Positions 62,040 through 64,000 of a stretch of DNA of 64,000 nucleotides are shown here, piece by piece. The stretch is from assembly GCA_963803435.1 (NCBI GenBank), contig CAWDML010000001.1, positions 3,168,001-3,232,000 of the forward strand. Direction: 5' to 3'. The DNA comes from an uncultured delta proteobacterium. Lineage in GTDB: Bacteria; Myxococcota; Kuafuiibacteriia; Kuafuiibacteriales; Kuafuiibacteriaceae. The position numbers were made by a program, and so were the translations under genes. The notes under the pieces are model-generated. The model did no database searches. It saw nothing but the letters and a program-made list of their open reading frames with translations, and was not told the origin of the DNA. The first letter of the stretch is position 1. Every line of letters begins with the position of its first letter.

Positions 62040-63728
62040 TCACTGTCCGTAGCGGAGGACGATCTCCCGGTTTCTGTCCTGCCGGCCGTAGAGCTCGACC
62101 GTCCGATCCGGCCATCGGACCTCGAGCGTGTCGACCTCGGCCGACCCCAACCCGAAGTACAGCGCCAGATCGCTCCCGGAGCCGAGGCTCGTCCCCGCAA
62201 TCACCGCGCGCAGGAGCGAGCGCCCGTCGCTGAGGCGCGCGATCACCTGGGCGCCGACCGCGTCGTGGTTCACCGCTCCGTCCCCGAGCAGCCGCACGGA
62301 GAGCCATCCGGCGGAGGCCGGGAGCGGCCGGTGGTGGAAGAGCTGATAGCCGACGTCCCAGTCGCCGACGACGAGATCGATCCCGCCGTCCCGATCGTAG
62401 TCCGCCACCGCCACGCCGATGGAGTAGCGCGGATCGTCAGCGCCGCTCTCGGCGGAGACGTCGGCGAACGTCCCGTCGCCCCGATTCTCGAACAGACGGT
62501 TCGCGTTGCCGAATCCGAAGACGCGCCCGACCGCGACGTACAGATCGAGGTCGCCGTCGGCGTCGTAGTCGATGAAAGCGGTGCCCCAGCTGGTGTTGCC
62601 GGCGATGACGCCCGCCTCTGCGCTAACGTTCGAGAAACCGCCGTTCTCCTGGCGGAGGAGGACCTCGGCGCCGGTGTTGGACATGTACAGATCGAGATCG
62701 CCGTCTCCGTCGTAGTCGCCGACCGCCAGGCCCATGCCGTCGATCCGGGCGTCGGCGCCGCTGGGGATGGCAAGCTCGGTGAAGCACCACCCGTTGCAGC
62801 CGCTCCCATCGTTCCGCCAGAGGACGTTGCGATTGAGCGGGCGATCGGAGGCCGGCTCGCCCGGAGAGCCCTTGTCGTTGACGAGATAGAGGTCCACGTC
62901 GCCGTCGCCGTCGTAGTCGAAGAAGCTGGCGACGAACCCGAGACCGCTCAGGTGATCGAGATCGAGGAGAGAGGAGACCTCGGTGAACTTGCCCTCGCCG
63001 TCGTTGTGGTAGAGGTGGTCGCGCGCAGCGTCGTGATCGCCGAGGCGGCACTCGTAGCAGAACCAGTTGGCGACGTAGAGGTCGAGCAGGCCGTCACCGT
63101 CATAGTCGCCGAAGGTGGCGGTCTCGCCCTTTCCGGGGTTCCCGAGGCCGATCTCGCCGGTGACGTCCACGAAGACGCCGCCTTCGTTCCGGAACATGAC
63201 GTCGGGGCCGAGGTTGAGGACGTAGAGGTCCTCGTCGCCGTCGTTGTCGTAATCGACGAAGATCGCACCGCCGCTGACGGCGTCGGCAAGCCCGATCTCG
63301 CCGGCGTCCTCGACCAGGTCGAAGCCGCCCTGTCCATCGTTGTGGAGCAAGCGGTTGGGGCCGGTGCTGTCGGTCAGATACAGATCGAGCCAGCCGTCCT
63401 GATCGTAGTCGCCCCAGGCCTGGCCGGTGACGTAGTAGTCGGGCCGGAAGCCGCGGGGCGCGCCGAGCTCGACCGTCTCGAAGCTGGGACCAAGCGCCGA
63501 CTCCACCTGGGGCGACGGCACCGAGAGGGGCGGCGCGTCGATCGCGACCACCGGCAGGGTAGAGCCCCGGACCGCGCGCTCCACGGATCGCGGCGACGGC
63601 CCCGGGCGATCCTCGGGGACCCGGCCGCCGGCGAGGTTGGGCGCGCCCTCGAAGCGGCATCCCGCAAGACAGCTTGCGAGCATCGCGATCCCGAACGCGC
63701 GCATCAGGCCTGGAAGGCACTTCGCCAT
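62040..63728 (-). CDS. CRTAC1-like FG-GAP repeat / ASPIC-UnbV lipoprotein
   Basis: Many 'DYDxDGxxDLY' repeats; C-terminal 'AVGAQV...LYFGLG...LEVRWP'; start at 63728 or 63704. Confidence 0.88.
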   Translation of the reverse strand: MAKCLPGLMRAFGIAMLASCLAGCRFEGAPNLAGGRVPEDRPGPSPRSVERAVRGSTLPVVAIDAPPLSVPSPQVESALGPSFETVELGAPRGFRPDYYVTGQAWGDYDQDGWLDLYLTDSTGPNRLLHNDGQGGFDLVEDAGEIGLADAVSGGAIFVDYDNDGDEDLYVLNLGPDVMFRNEGGVFVDVTGEIGLGNPGKGETATFGDYDGDGLLDLYVANWFCYECRLGDHDAARDHLYHNDGEGKFTEVSSLLDLDHLSGLGFVASFFDYDGDGDVDLYLVNDKGSPGEPASDRPLNRNVLWRNDGSGCNGWCFTELAIPSGADARIDGMGLAVGDYDGDGDLDLYMSNTGAEVLLRQENGGFSNVSAEAGVIAGNTSWGTAFIDYDADGDLDLYVAVGRVFGFGNANRLFENRGDGTFADVSAESGADDPRYSIGVAVADYDRDGGIDLVVGDWDVGYQLFHHRPLPASAGWLSVRLLGDGAVNHDAVGAQVIARLSDGRSLLRAVIAGTSLGSGSDLALYFGLGSAEVDTLEVRWPDRTVELYGRQDRNREIVLRYGQ

Positions 63729-63840
63729 CCCCTCGACCTTCCGTCCATACTCGAATAACCCCTCGGCGTACTGGCCACGGCGGCCGCGTAAGCGCCGTGT
63801 ATTTGATCTGGCTGAGTCCTTCCCTCCACAGTCGGAGAGA

Positions 63841-64000
63841 GTGAGCAGCCTTCTCACCTTCATCGACGATTCGGTGCGGGCTCGCCCCGGGCCCCCGGGG
63901 TTCGTCGGCGACCTCTGCCTGGTCGAGCGGTGCGCGCGCCTCGATCGCTACTGGCACCTCTCAGCCACCCGCGCCGGGGTGACCTTCGGCTACCTCGACG
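63841..64000 (+). CDS. Possible start of a gene running off the window
   Basis: GGAGAG before GTG; open frame MSSLLTFIDDSVRARPGPPGFVGDLCLVER...; no recognisable family. Confidence 0.35.
   Translation, partial: MSSLLTFIDDSVRARPGPPGFVGDLCLVERCARLDRYWHLSATRAGVTFGYLD

Overview
A high-GC window that reads like a Myxococcota-type chromosome (Cys-rich Pal, eukaryote-like Ser/Thr kinases, TIGR02996-like proteins, AgmX/PglI-type C-terminal domain). The taxonomy is inferred from gene content only. Housekeeping genes (pal, cpoB, smpB, panB, panC, deoxynucleoside kinase, metG, murA, dnaK, cstA, comEC) are mixed with secreted proteins, lipoproteins and signalling genes. I saw no rRNA, tRNA or CRISPR array. 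Main points: (1) a 1.66-kb IS1182-family element at the dnaK stop codon, with ~70-bp terminal inverted repeats that contain hexamer arrays, carrying a divergent four-helix-bundle passenger gene; (2) an unannotated 12-codon leader peptide (MRPLPSRSMSMR) with hairpins in front of metG, resembling a Met-sensing attenuator; (3) eight chromosomal frameshifts all at or beside GATC, six of them GATC read as GATTC/GAATC, which suggests motif-specific sequencing errors caused by a DNA modification; (4) a 1162-aa zinc-metallopeptidase toxin-like gene with a small downstream partner; (5) a truncated sigma54-like protein; (6) many apparently leaderless genes. All family assignments come from motif recognition, not database searches.
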